From contig CAVTOH010000002.1 in the NCBI GenBank assembly GCA_963736295.1, positions 145,822 through 209,821 on the forward strand: a stretch of DNA of 64,000 bases, in the 5' to 3' direction. The stretch comes from an uncultured Actinomycetes bacterium. Lineage in GTDB: Bacteria > Actinomycetota > Thermoleophilia > Gaiellales > Gaiellaceae. The position numbers and the translations under genes were made by a program. The notes beneath the pieces were generated by a model. It worked only from the letters and a program-made list of their open reading frames with translations. It had not been told where the DNA came from and made no database searches. This document shows positions 26,573-36,722 of this stretch, one piece after another. Each line of letters starts with the position of its first letter. Position 1 is the first letter of the stretch.

Positions 26573-27277
26573 ATGAAGGTGCAGGAGATCATGACGACCG
26601 ACGTGCTGACGATCGGGCCGGAGGCGGAGATCCGCGATGTCGCTCGGATCTTCGTCGAGCGCGGCATCTCGGGCTTGCCCGTCTGCGGAGCAGGGCGCGA
26701 GGTTCTAGGGATCGTCTCGGAGGGAGACATCGTGTTCAAGGAGCAGGGCCTGGAGCCGAACGGACGGTCGATGCTGTCCAGTTTCGGCGGGAAGGCCACG
26801 AAGGACACGAAGAAGGCGCTCGCGGTCAAGGTGCACGAGGCAATGACCGCTCCGGCGATCACTGTCTCGCAGCATTGCTCGGTCGCAGAGGCGGCCAGGC
26901 TCATGTCCGAGCACGGCATCAACCGTCTTCCGGTCTTGAGACGTGACGAGCTCGTCGGCATCGTCACGCGCACGGACCTCGTCCGCGCATTCGTGCGGTC
27001 CGACGAGGACATCCGCCGCGAGATCAGAGAAGAAGTGCTCCGCGGGACTCTCTGGCTCGAGGTTCCGGAAGCGGTCGTCGTCCAGGTCGAGCGCGGGGCC
27101 GTTCGGCTGAGCGGTCGCATGGAGACGCGAAGCGAAGCTCTTCTGCTCGAACGACTCGTGGGCCGCGTGCCCGGCGTCGTCTCGGTTCAGCCGAACCTGA
27201 GCTGGACGATCGATGACACGACCCGCAGGGCTAAGCGTCAGCTCCGGCGGACGCACGAGCCCGCATCGAGACGCTAG
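26573..27277 (+). CDS. CBS-pair + BON domain protein
   Basis: Two CBS modules ([64 protein letters not shown]), then a BON-like segment ([29 protein letters not shown]). AAAGGAGGA Shine-Dalgarno before ATG 26573. Confidence 0.75.
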   Translation: MKVQEIMTTDVLTIGPEAEIRDVARIFVERGISGLPVCGAGREVLGIVSEGDIVFKEQGLEPNGRSMLSSFGGKATKDTKKALAVKVHEAMTAPAITVSQHCSVAEAARLMSEHGINRLPVLRRDELVGIVTRTDLVRAFVRSDEDIRREIREEVLRGTLWLEVPEAVVVQVERGAVRLSGRMETRSEALLLERLVGRVPGVVSVQPNLSWTIDDTTRRAKRQLRRTHEPASRR

Positions 27278-27455
27278 CGGAGCCGCACGGCAACCGGTCG
27301 CTCCGACCGACGCGCGACCTCGCGGCCGTGCTCGCCTCCGCGGTCACCGCCGTTCGGAACCAATCCGTACTTTCCCGTGTCGGCTTCGCGGCTCCGAGCC
27401 GATTTCGGCGAGCGGCTGCCGGATGACACTGGAACGGACGACGGAAGGAGCTCTC

Positions 27456-28178
27456 ATGGAGACACCGATTCTGGAAGCGCGGTCGCTCCGCAAGACCTAT
27501 GACACCGGCGTCGTCCGCGTTGACGCTCTTCGCGGCGTCGATCTCGCCCTCGAGCGAGGCGAGATGGTGGCGATCATGGGGCCGAGCGGCTGCGGCAAGA
27601 CGACGCTGCTCAACTGCCTCTCAGGGCTCGACTCGATCGACGGCGGCGAGGCCCTGATCGAGGGGACGCCGCTCTCCGAGATGTCGGATCGCGAGCGGAC
27701 CGACTACCGCGCGCGCCGAATGGGCTTCGTCTTCCAGTTCTACAACCTGATCCCGGTCCTCACCGCGGTCGAGAACGTCGAGCTACCGCTCCTCGTCGCG
27801 AGAGTGCCGGGAGGCGAGGCGCGGGAGCGCGCGCTTGAGGCGCTCGATCTCGTGGGTCTCGCCGACCGCGCGGGCCATGTGCCCGACGAGCTCTCGGGAG
27901 GCGAGCGCCAGCGCGTCACCATCGCACGGTCGCTCGTCAACGACCCGGCGATCGTCTGGGCGGACGAGCCGACCGGTGACCTCGACTCCGAGAACGCCGC
28001 CGAGATCGTCGCGCTGATGCGCCGGCTGAATATCGAGCGCGGACTGACCTTTCTCATCGTCACGCACGACATCTCGGTCGGACGAAAAACCGATCGCATC
28101 GTGCGGATGCTCGACGGCCGTGTCGTCGAGGAGCAACGACTGGAGGTACCGCATGTACTCGCGAGTCACGCTGCTTGA
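27456..28178 (+). CDS. ABC transporter ATP-binding protein (MacB/LolD-type)
   Basis: Walker [10 protein letters not shown], signature LSGGERQRV, Walker [21 protein letters not shown] Shine-Dalgarno. Confidence 0.9.
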   Translation: METPILEARSLRKTYDTGVVRVDALRGVDLALERGEMVAIMGPSGCGKTTLLNCLSGLDSIDGGEALIEGTPLSEMSDRERTDYRARRMGFVFQFYNLIPVLTAVENVELPLLVARVPGGEARERALEALDLVGLADRAGHVPDELSGGERQRVTIARSLVNDPAIVWADEPTGDLDSENAAEIVALMRRLNIERGLTFLIVTHDISVGRKTDRIVRMLDGRVVEEQRLEVPHVLASHAA

Positions 28179-28464
28179 GATCGACACGATGCGCACTGGG
28201 ATGGAAGAGGCTGCAGCCCTCTTCGAGGACCAGGTCGTCCCGGGCCTTCGCGAGCAGGACGGCTACAAGGGCGCGATCGCGCTCGCCACCCCGGAAGGCA
28301 AGGGGATGATCATCACGTTCTGGGATACGGAGGAGGAAGCGCAGGACATCTCGGGCTTCGCATCTGGAGCACTCGAGCGCTTTGTGACCATGTTCAGATC
28401 GCCTCCGGGTCGCGAGCTCTACGAAGTCGCGTTTGCCGACATGGAAGGCGTATTGGTGGCGTAG
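28153..28464 (+). CDS. Small ABM/ferredoxin-fold-like protein (hypothetical) between ATPase and permease
   Basis: 103-aa ORF, GGAGG Shine-Dalgarno before ATG 28153. Pattern VTLLEID...[27 protein letters not shown] resembles antibiotic-biosynthesis-monooxygenase-like dimeric alpha-beta barrels. Overlaps the ATPase tail by 26 nt. Confidence 0.5.
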   Translation: MYSRVTLLEIDTMRTGMEEAAALFEDQVVPGLREQDGYKGAIALATPEGKGMIITFWDTEEEAQDISGFASGALERFVTMFRSPPGRELYEVAFADMEGVLVA

Positions 28465-28467
28465 GCG

Positions 28468-31467
28468 ATGAAGGAAGTGTTCGGCATCCCGGTCGACACG
28501 CTCCTCGTGATCCTCCTCGTCGGTCTCGGCATCTCGCTGTGTGTCGTGGGAGTCCTAGCGCTTCGCAACCGAATCCTCGTCAAGCTCGCGGTGCGCAGTG
28601 TCGGCCGCCGGCGCGGGCGTAGCGCTCTCATCGTGATCGGGCTGATGCTCGGCACCACGATCATTGCCGCCGCGCTGACGACCGGCGACACGATGAGCCA
28701 CACGATCCGCACCACGGCCGTCGCAACGCTCGGAGCAACCGACGAGACGATCGCGGCCAAGGGTGCCGTCGACGACATCCCCGGGGCGCTCGGTGCCGCA
28801 AGCGGGACCCGCTGGATTCCCGAGCAGTCGGTCGGGCAGGTCGAAGCTGCTGCGAAGAGCTCGGATCTCGTGGACGGCATCACAGGCGCGATCATCGAGC
28901 AGGTCGCCGTGCAGGCTCCAGCCCAAGGCCAGAACGAGCCGAGCGTCGTGCTGTTCGCGGGCGACCCGGCACGGATGCATGGCTTCTCACAGATCCGCGG
29001 CTCGGACGATGCCGAGCTGTCCCTCGGCGACCTGCGCGCGGACGAGGTCTATCTCAACACGAAGGCCGCACGCGAGCTCCGCATCGAGGCCGGAGACCGC
29101 GTCGTCGTCTGGGCGGGTACGGATCCTGTGTCGGCGCGGGTGCGCGACATCGTCCGCTTCGACGGATCTGGCACCGCAGACGCGTCCGTACTCCTCTCGC
29201 TCGCCCAGGCGCAGCGGCTCTACGACCGAAGGGGCGAGATCACGGCCGTACTGGTGTCGAACCGAGGCGGGGACGTCGCCGGGGCCGCGCTGTCGAACGA
29301 GGTCGTCGCACTGCTCAACCCAGTCGTGCACTCGCTCGACCTCGAGATCCAGACGCTGAAGGCAGACGCCATCGAGGACGCGGATGCCGCCGGGAACGCC
29401 TTCATGACCTTCTTCACGACCTTCGGCACGTTCTCAGTCGCCGCGGGCATTCTCCTCATCTTCCTGATCTTTGTGATGCTCGCCGCCGAGCGGCGCGCGG
29501 AGCTCGGAATTGCACGGGCCGTCGGCACCCGGCGCGGACATCTCGTCCAGATGTTCACCTTCGAGGGCGTCGCTTACGACCTCCTGGCCGCGCTCGTTGG
29601 CGCCGTACTCGGAGCGCTCGTCGCACTCGGGATGGTCACCGTCATGGCGAACGCCTTCGCCGCAGCCGACGCGGACGAGGGTCTGCAGATCGAGTTCGCG
29701 GTCACGCCACGCAGCCTCGTCATCGCCTTTGCGCTCGGAATGCTGTTGACGCTCGTCGTCGTAGCGGTCTCGGCCTGGCGCGTGAGCGTCATGAACGTCT
29801 CGACGGCGATCCGGAACCTTCCCGAGCCGCCGACCGGCCGCCGCCGCCGCCGGCTGGTGCTCGCGTCGATCGCGATCCTGCTCGGCTCGACGCTCACCGT
29901 TTCCGGAACGAGCTCGGGGACAGCGACACCGGTGATGCTCGGCGTCTCCCTCATCTTGCTCGGCCTCATTCCGCTGCTCCAGGTAGCCGGCGTGTCGGAG
30001 CGTGTCGCGAACACCGCTTGCGGGGGCGCGATCGTCGTGACGCTCATGCTCCCGTGGAATCTCTGGGACGCCGTTTTCGGCACGCTCGCGATGGACTTCA
30101 GCACCTGGATCGTCGCCGGTCTGCTGATCATCGTCGGCGCCGTCCTCGTCATGGTGCACAACGCCGCCGCGCTGCTCGGACTCGTCATGCGGACGTTCGG
30201 CCGCATCCGTGCCCTCGCGCCGGTCCTGCGGATGTCCATCGCCTACCCGCTGTCCGCCCGCTTCCGCACGGGAACGACCCTGGCGATGTTCACACTCGTC
30301 GTCTTCACGCTCGTGACAGGGACTACCTCGAACGGCTCATTCGTACATGCCATCGGCGTTGAGGACTTCGGCGGCGGCTTTCAGGTGCGAGCCGGAACCA
30401 TCGGCGCCGCGCCGATCGACGACATGACCGTGGCGCTCCGTCGAGCGCAAGGAGTAGACGCGCGCGACTTCACCGCGGTGGGCAGTCAGTCGGTGCTTGC
30501 GGTCGAGGCAAAGCAGGTCGGTGCAGAACGTCCCTTCGAGACCTACCTCGTGCGAGGGCTTGACAAGCCGTTCCTCGAGCACACCACATTCGGCCTCGGC
30601 GACATCGCGCGCGGCTACGGGTCGGAGCAGGAAGTCTGGGCCGCCGTTCGAGAGCGACCGGGGCTCGCCGTCGTCGACAGCACGATCGCTCCGCGCCGCG
30701 ACAACTGGAACTTCGGTGTGCTCCCGGACTTCCAGCTGTCGGGGTTCTACTTCGAGGAGGGCTTCGACCCGATCCCGGTCGAGGTGCTCGACAAGCAGAC
30801 GGGTCGACGAACGACGCTGACCGTGATCGGCATCCTGAAGGACACGGCGCCGCTTGAGATGCAAGGGATCTCGACGTCAGAGAAGACGCTGGTCGGTGCC
30901 TTCCCCGGCCGCATCCGGCCGACCATCCATTACTTCGAGCTCGCCGCCGGCGTCGATCCCGAAGATACGGCAGCGAGGCTCGAGGCAGCGTTCATCCCGA
31001 GCGGGCTCGAGGCACAGTCGGTTCAGCAGGTCGTGGACGACGCCGTCGCCGGAAGCCGCACTTTCAACCGGCTTGTCCAGGGATTCCTGGGCCTGGGACT
31101 CATCGTGGGAGTCGCTGCGCTTGGGGTTATCAGCGCTCGAGCAGTCGTCGAGAGGCGACAACAGATCGGGGTCATGCGCGCGATCGGCTTCCGTACAGGC
31201 ATGGTGCAAGCCGCCTTCCTACTCGAGTCCTCGTTCATAGCCCTCACGTCGATCCTGGCCGGGACCGCGCTCGGCCTCCTCCTCGCGTGGAACATCATCC
31301 GCGACCAGCAGTCCCAGCCGAGCTGGGAGAATCTCGAGCTCGTCGTGCCCTGGTTGAACCTCGCGGTCATCTTCTTTGTCGTCTACGTCGTCGCGCTCGC
31401 TGCGACTCTGGCGCCCGCCATTCGTGCTTCGAAGATTCGCCCCGCTGAGGCGCTGCGATATCAGTGA
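28468..31467 (+). CDS. ABC transporter permease with two FtsX-type domains (MacB-like, 999 aa)
   Basis: Two 4-TM FtsX modules (…ERRAELGIARAVGTRRGHLVQMF… and …RRQQIGVMRAIGFRTGMVQAAFL…) separated by large extracytoplasmic regions. Confidence 0.85.
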   Translation: MKEVFGIPVDTLLVILLVGLGISLCVVGVLALRNRILVKLAVRSVGRRRGRSALIVIGLMLGTTIIAAALTTGDTMSHTIRTTAVATLGATDETIAAKGAVDDIPGALGAASGTRWIPEQSVGQVEAAAKSSDLVDGITGAIIEQVAVQAPAQGQNEPSVVLFAGDPARMHGFSQIRGSDDAELSLGDLRADEVYLNTKAARELRIEAGDRVVVWAGTDPVSARVRDIVRFDGSGTADASVLLSLAQAQRLYDRRGEITAVLVSNRGGDVAGAALSNEVVALLNPVVHSLDLEIQTLKADAIEDADAAGNAFMTFFTTFGTFSVAAGILLIFLIFVMLAAERRAELGIARAVGTRRGHLVQMFTFEGVAYDLLAALVGAVLGALVALGMVTVMANAFAAADADEGLQIEFAVTPRSLVIAFALGMLLTLVVVAVSAWRVSVMNVSTAIRNLPEPPTGRRRRRLVLASIAILLGSTLTVSGTSSGTATPVMLGVSLILLGLIPLLQVAGVSERVANTACGGAIVVTLMLPWNLWDAVFGTLAMDFSTWIVAGLLIIVGAVLVMVHNAAALLGLVMRTFGRIRALAPVLRMSIAYPLSARFRTGTTLAMFTLVVFTLVTGTTSNGSFVHAIGVEDFGGGFQVRAGTIGAAPIDDMTVALRRAQGVDARDFTAVGSQSVLAVEAKQVGAERPFETYLVRGLDKPFLEHTTFGLGDIARGYGSEQEVWAAVRERPGLAVVDSTIAPRRDNWNFGVLPDFQLSGFYFEEGFDPIPVEVLDKQTGRRTTLTVIGILKDTAPLEMQGISTSEKTLVGAFPGRIRPTIHYFELAAGVDPEDTAARLEAAFIPSGLEAQSVQQVVDDAVAGSRTFNRLVQGFLGLGLIVGVAALGVISARAVVERRQQIGVMRAIGFRTGMVQAAFLLESSFIALTSILAGTALGLLLAWNIIRDQQSQPSWENLELVVPWLNLAVIFFVVYVVALAATLAPAIRASKIRPAEALRYQ

Positions 31468-31557
31468 GGCGCGGCCGTTGACCCACACCCGAGCGGGAGC
31501 CGCACGCAATGCAGTCGTCTCGCCGTCGTCTAGAGCCAGATCACGGTGAGCACACGG

Positions 31558-32472
31558 TCACGTGATGATCGTCCGCCACCACTCTGGATCCGGACGAAAC
31601 GGAGCGGCCGGGCGGCCGGTGGCGTCGGTGTCGAACCGGTACGCAAGGCCCGCGTTGGGTTCGGCGCGACGCTGCTCGTCACTCCAGTTCTCGGTTGCCG
31701 TCGTGACGTAGAGCGTGTTCAGCTCGGGGCCGGCGAAAGCGCATGACGTGGTTTGTGTCGCGGGGACGAGCAGCTCCTCGAGCAGTGCACCGTCACTGGA
31801 GTAGCGCCTGACTCGCCCGCCCCCGTAGACGGCGACCCACAAGTCACCGTCGGCGTCGACAGTCATGCCGTCGGGCGCTCCGACCTCTTCGGACACCGTT
31901 ATCAGCACGCGGCCACCGGAAATCAAGCCCCGTTCGCCGTCGAAAGCGAATGCGTGGACGACACGCGGGCCGCTGTCCACGAGATACATCGTGCTGCCCT
32001 CGGGACTCCAGCCGAGCCCGTTGGAGATCGTCAATCCGTCGAGCATCAGCTCGCTCCGTCCGTGCTGATCGAGGCGGTAGAGAGCGCCGCCGCCTGCGTG
32101 GTGGTCATCCGCCAGCGTCCCGGCCCAGAACCTTCCCTGCGGATCGCACGCAGCGTCGTTCATCCGCGTTCCTGAGGGAGCGACCTCGGCGATCGTGCGC
32201 AGCGAGCCGTCAGGGGATAGATGGACAAAGCCCCTGCCGGCAGCCAGCAGCCATCCCTCGTCGTCCTGGACGGGCGCGATGGCGCCCACGGTCCCGGGCA
32301 CCGGATAGCTGTGAGTGCGGACGAGGTCGCCCTGGCCGTCGATCCGTTCGCGGAAGACGCGCCCCGCGACGATGTCCACGCCGAGCAACTCGCCTCGGCG
32401 CGCGTCCCACCGGGCTCCCTCGCCGAGCACGGTCTGCTCGCCCGCGCAGAGCACTGCCGCGCCGTGCGTCAT
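31558..32472 (-). CDS. SMP-30/gluconolactonase/LRE-family beta-propeller protein
   Basis: LGEGARWD, NDAACDPQGRFWAGT, SNGLGWSPEG, PDGMTVDADGDLWVA. Start at ATG 32472 (an upstream ATG at 32532 is possible). Confidence 0.8.
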   Translation of the reverse strand: MTHGAAVLCAGEQTVLGEGARWDARRGELLGVDIVAGRVFRERIDGQGDLVRTHSYPVPGTVGAIAPVQDDEGWLLAAGRGFVHLSPDGSLRTIAEVAPSGTRMNDAACDPQGRFWAGTLADDHHAGGGALYRLDQHGRSELMLDGLTISNGLGWSPEGSTMYLVDSGPRVVHAFAFDGERGLISGGRVLITVSEEVGAPDGMTVDADGDLWVAVYGGGRVRRYSSDGALLEELLVPATQTTSCAFAGPELNTLYVTTATENWSDEQRRAEPNAGLAYRFDTDATGRPAAPFRPDPEWWRTIIT

Positions 32473-32602
32473 GCCTTGCCCTTCAACGAGCACAGCGCTA
32501 CGACGACACTGCGTCTCATGTCGCATGAGCATCGCAGATCAACTCGAATCCGCTCGCAAGCCGGCGATGGGCCGCTGGAATATTGCGATTTCAGGTACTC
32601 GA

Positions 32603-32675
32603 TGCGCCCGGGAGGATTCGAACCTCCGACCCGCGGATTAGAAGTCCGCCGCTCTGTCCACTGAGCTACGGGCGC
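32603..32675 (-). tRNA. tRNA-Arg (anticodon TCT)
   Basis: Reverse complement folds as GCGCCCG-TA-GCTC..GAGC-G-GCGGA-CTTCTAA-TCCGC-..-GGAGG-TTCGAAT-CCTCC-CGGGCGC-A. Confidence 0.9.
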
Positions 32676-32707
32676 GCTGACGGGAGGGTACTGACCGTCG
32701 CTGCCGG

Positions 32708-34226
32708 CTACCGCGCAGTCAGGACGAGCGGCTCACACGCAACGCCGGTCGCCTCGCGTACCGGTCGTCCGGCGGCGTCCTTGGGCGCGATCGTGATTCG
32801 AGTAGCAGTCACCCGGACCTGCGCGTAGCTGTAGACGTCGAGCGCGGCACAGCGCATACCGACTCCGCGCGGCGGCTGGGGCTTGAAGAACAACGAGCCG
32901 ATCGCGGTCCCCGCGCCCGGCGAGGCCGAGCGTCGAGTCGATCTCCTTCGCGAACGTGTTCGTCGCAACCGGGCCCGTGACGACCTCCCACATGCCGGAG
33001 CTCGTGGGTGGACCGGCCAGCGTCGCGTACCGCACCTCGTTGATCAGGTTCGCGTGCGTGTCCGTGGTCAGGAAGACGACGTTCTCGACGTCCTCCAGGA
33101 AGCGGAGCAGTCGCTCCCGCTCGCTCGCGTAGCCCTCCCAGCGGTCGTACGGCAACGCGTAGTACTGCTGGATCGGGACCTCGTTCACGATCACCTTCCA
33201 CGTTGCCGTCGACGCCTCGATCGCGCTCGTGAACGCCCTGTACTGACGCGAGCCGAGCATGGTGCGCCGGCTGTCCGTGATCGCGGCCAGGCACCCGGCC
33301 GGCACCGGGTTCGCGAGTGACGGCGCGAGCGATGCGAACGCCGAACGCACGGGTTGAGGCGCCGTCGGGGCAAGATCCCCGCCGCAGGCGTCGTCGACCT
33401 TGGCGGACCGGAATCGTCGCTCGTCGAGGAAGAAGAGCTCGAGGTTCTTCCCCCAGCGGAAGCTGCGGTAGAGCCCGAGGGAGCCGGAGTACGAGACCGG
33501 CGAGTAGTCCCGAAACGCCTTCAGTCCGGCACGGAAGATCGCGGAGCCGTTCTCGGGGCGGGAGAAGTCGTTGATGAACTCGTGGTCGTCCCAGTGGCTA
33601 TAGAGCCCGGCGGATCGCCGTAGGCCCCGTAACGCGGGGAGCGCAAGACCGAGCCGGTACTTGGCCCACTTCTGCGGAACGGTCTGGGCTACGGGCGCGC
33701 CGCCGACCTCGCTGTCCGAGTAGATCGTGTCGCCGAGGTTGATGTTGAAGTCGTTGCGTTCCGCGGCCATGCGCGCGTACACCTGGAATCGATTGAACGC
33801 GGGTTTGCCGTTCGCACCTGCGGTGGCGTCGGCGTCGCCCGTGATCGCGAACCGCACCGGCACATGTGCGCTTCCCGCCGGCGCGGTCGTGAATGTGCCC
33901 ACCGGGCTCTTCGTCTTGCCCTGGGTGAACCAGTACTTGTACGTGGTCGCGGGCCTGAGCCTCGGAACGCGCAGCTGGACCGTCGAGTCGTTCGCCGCGG
34001 TCGCGCGCAAGTCGAGTACGACGACCCCGATGATGGCCGTCGGCGAGGACACGCGCACATCGAGCTTGACGACCCCGGGCGTTGGAGCACGGGTCCACAG
34101 AACCGCCGACGTCGACGTCACCTCACCGGCGGCGACGCCGTAGCGAAAGGCCGTCGTCGCGGCATCCGCCGCGACGACGGCGAATCCCAGCGTCAGGAAA
34201 GCTGCGAGCGCGACGGCGTGGCGCAT
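32708..34226 (-). pseudogene. Alkaline phosphatase D (PhoD) family, one frame change near 32915-32925
   Basis: Signal peptide, then GVAAGEVTSTSAVLWTR, ITGDADA, LGDTIYSD, WDDHEFINDF, FLTTDTHANL in ORF 32733..34262. The conserved C-terminal beta-sandwich end (IGSLFFKPQPPRGVGMRCAALDVYSYAQVRVTATRITIAPKD) is in ORF 32708..32968. Confidence 0.8.
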
Positions 34227-34236
34227 CTCGACGACC

Positions 34237-35007
34237 CTATGCCGCCTCGGGAGGCCGGTCAACGTCAGCGCGGCGCTCCTCCTCGGCGAGGAAGCGGAAG
34301 AACCAGAAGGCGAACACCGCGAAGAAGACCGCGGCCTGCTCGACCGACATGAGAACGCCGGCGATCTGCTGATCTTCGAGCGCGCTCAGACCCCAGAGGC
34401 GCTCGGGGGCAGCGACGTAGAAGTCGTAGATCGCGTCGGGCACGAGAGCCATGACGAGACCGATGGGGCTTCCGAGGACGAATGCCGCGAAGACGATGCC
34501 CGCGCGTCCGCCAGCACCGATGCGATGCGGCTCGTCCTGAACGACGCTCCACCACATCGCGGCGCCCGTGAGGAAGTACAGCGCGTGCTCGAGGTGGAGG
34601 AGCGTGTGCGGATTCTCGAGCGCCCTGTCGTAGAGCCAGGGCAGATGCCAGAGCATGTAGTTCGCGAGCCAGAGCGGAAGCGCGACCGCGGGATGGGTCA
34701 GCGCGCGAAAGACCGCGGGACGGATCAGCGTTGCGGCGAGTGCAGGCGGCAGGCCGAGCACCGCGAGGAGCGGCGCCCACTCGGCGAGGACGACGTTCTG
34801 GAGCAGATGGATCGTGAGCAGGTAGTTCAGCGCGAGCGTCTCGACCGGCGTGACGGTGACCGCCAGGACGAGCACCATGGCCGCGCCGAAGCAGGCGATG
34901 CGCCACCACGGCGCCGGGAAGCGGCGGAGGGCAAGGAAGTACGCGCCGGAGAGGACAGGGACGACGACGAGTGCCTCGGGATTCCACGACCACGCGTACG
35001 GGTCCAC
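34237..35007 (-). CDS. ctaG: Cytochrome c oxidase assembly factor CtaG (caa3-type, polytopic membrane protein)
   Basis: Pattern IHLLQNVVLAEWAPLL...HPAVALPLWLANYMLWHLP...LHLEHALYFLTGAAMWW, typical of the Caa3_CtaG family. GTG start. Confidence 0.7.
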   Translation of the reverse strand: MDPYAWSWNPEALVVVPVLSGAYFLALRRFPAPWWRIACFGAAMVLVLAVTVTPVETLALNYLLTIHLLQNVVLAEWAPLLAVLGLPPALAATLIRPAVFRALTHPAVALPLWLANYMLWHLPWLYDRALENPHTLLHLEHALYFLTGAAMWWSVVQDEPHRIGAGGRAGIVFAAFVLGSPIGLVMALVPDAIYDFYVAAPERLWGLSALEDQQIAGVLMSVEQAAVFFAVFAFWFFRFLAEEERRADVDRPPEAA

Positions 35008-35026
35008 CTCGCTACGCTAACGGCGC

Positions 35027-35099
35027 GCGGGCGTAGCTCAGTTGGTAGAGCGCCAGCCTTCCAAGCTGGATGTCGTCGGTTCGAACCCGGCCGCCCGCT
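35027..35099 (+). tRNA. tRNA-Gly (anticodon TCC)
   Basis: GCGGGCG-TA-GCTC-AGTTGGTA-GAGC-G-CCAGC-CTTCCAA-GCTGG-..-GTCGG-TTCGAAC-CCGGC-CGCCCGC-T. Confidence 0.9.
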
Positions 35100-35117
35100 T
35101 CGTCCTCTTCGTCCGAC

Positions 35118-35780
35118 CTAGCGGCCGCTCGCGGAGAAGTGCTGGTAGTCCTTGACGGGCGTCCAGTAGCCGCCCCAGCTCCAGCCGACGGCATCGAACG
35201 CCCGCACGACGACGTTGCCGGGGCACGCCATTCCCCGCCGGCACGGCGTCCGGTCGACGTAAGGCACGCTCGCACGGTGTGACGTCCGCCCTCCGCTGAC
35301 GTAGGGGTTCTCGATCGGGTTGAAGTCGATTGCTCGGCCGTACGCATGCTCCGACCAGCGCGTCGTGCCCTCGACGTAGCGGCAATTGAACGCCGAGGTG
35401 TTGTCCGCCTCGATCGAGCGGAAGTCGCTGGCGCCATAGGCGTCGACGGGGACCATGCGCCGGATCGGGAAACGCGCCGCGTATAGGCGCCGCAGCACGG
35501 TGACGACATCCGTAGCGACGTCGCGGTGGACGATCAGCCTCCCCGTGCGCATCCGGCCGTCGAACCCGAAGTGGCGGGCGGTGACGACGCGCAGGTCACG
35601 GAGCCCCACCGGGCAACCGGGACGCCAGGAGATGCCGGTCATCGTCGCGCGCAGCGGTCCGCCGATCGGGGAGACCGTGGCCTTGAACGGCTCCGCCGCC
35701 GCGCCGGCCGACACTCCCGCCGCGAGCAGGACGAACGCGCACGAGACGGACACCAGCCGGACACGCAGCGGAAAGCTCAT
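35118..35780 (-). CDS. Secreted M15-family metallopeptidase (VanY/D-Ala-D-Ala carboxypeptidase-like)
   Basis: Signal peptide MSFPLRVRLVSVSCAFVLLAAGVSAGAAA. Zn motif SEHAYGRAIDFNP and distal DYQHFS. Confidence 0.75.
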   Translation of the reverse strand: MSFPLRVRLVSVSCAFVLLAAGVSAGAAAEPFKATVSPIGGPLRATMTGISWRPGCPVGLRDLRVVTARHFGFDGRMRTGRLIVHRDVATDVVTVLRRLYAARFPIRRMVPVDAYGASDFRSIEADNTSAFNCRYVEGTTRWSEHAYGRAIDFNPIENPYVSGGRTSHRASVPYVDRTPCRRGMACPGNVVVRAFDAVGWSWGGYWTPVKDYQHFSASGR

Positions 35781-35854
35781 CTGCCCTCGTATACAGGAGA
35801 CGACAGTCCGGCGCCGAACCCGTGTCCGGCACCGATCCAGTGGGAGGTTTGCGA

Positions 35855-36547
35855 ATGACGGAGTCCCTCGGCATCCGCCTCGCGGCAGAGGCACTCGGCA
35901 CGTTCATGTTCTTCTTCCTGGGGTTCAGCGGGATCGCCGCCTTGATCGACATCGGTCCCGCCGCGATCGAGCCGTTGGGCATCGCAGTGGCCTTCGGCTT
36001 CGGTCTCCTGCTCGCGATCGCCGCGTTCGGCCACATCTCAGGAGGGCACTACAACCCCGCGGTCACCGCCGGGCTCTCTGTAGCGGGGAAGTTCCCACCG
36101 CGCGAGATCGTGCCGTACTGGATCGCCCAGCTGGTCGGCGGCCTGTGCGCGGTCGGCACGATGGCGCTCGTCTTCGGCGACAACGTGACGGACGGGCTTG
36201 GAACCGCGCCCGGGGTCGGCGTCGACGACTGGGGTGCGCTGCTGCTCGAGGCGATCGTGACTGCGCTCCTCATCCTGGTCGTCATCACCGCCGCGACGGA
36301 CGACCGCGCGCCGTGGAAGGGCGTGATGGCGCCGCTCCTGATCGGCTTCGTGATCTTCGCCGGAGCCGTAGCCGTCGGCCCGAGCTCCGGCGGCTCGTTC
36401 AACCCGGCGCGTTCGATCGTTCCGGCCGTCTACAACGGCGAGTGGGGCGACGTCTGGATCTACATCGTGGGGCCGCTCGCCGGCGCCATCGTCGCGGGCG
36501 CGATCGCGATGTACGTCTTCGCGCGCAAGCCCGCACCAGCCACCTAG
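35855..36547 (+). CDS. MIP-family channel (aquaporin/glycerol facilitator-like)
   Basis: Two NPA boxes (HISGGHYNPAVT and GGSFNPARS) and six TM helices. GGGAGG Shine-Dalgarno before ATG 35855. Confidence 0.9.
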   Translation: MTESLGIRLAAEALGTFMFFFLGFSGIAALIDIGPAAIEPLGIAVAFGFGLLLAIAAFGHISGGHYNPAVTAGLSVAGKFPPREIVPYWIAQLVGGLCAVGTMALVFGDNVTDGLGTAPGVGVDDWGALLLEAIVTALLILVVITAATDDRAPWKGVMAPLLIGFVIFAGAVAVGPSSGGSFNPARSIVPAVYNGEWGDVWIYIVGPLAGAIVAGAIAMYVFARKPAPAT

Positions 36548-36613
36548 AGCCGATCGGCCGTCAGACGCTGATCGCACGTGGAGAAGCCCCGCCTCGGCGG
36601 GGCTTCTCGGCTA

Positions 36614-36687
36614 TCGGGGTGGCCGGATCTGAACCGGCGGCCTCCCGCTCCCAAAGCGGGCGCTCTACCAGGCTGAGCTACACCCCG
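36614..36687 (-). tRNA. tRNA-Pro (anticodon TGG)
   Basis: Reverse complement folds as CGGGGTG-TA-GCTC-AGCCTGGTA-GAGC-G-CCCGC-TTTGGGA-GCGGG-..-GCCGG-TTCAGAT-CCGGC-CACCCCG-A. Confidence 0.9.
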
Positions 36688-36722
36688 AGCCCGCACAGTG
36701 TAGGCGGATAGCCTGCCGGCCT

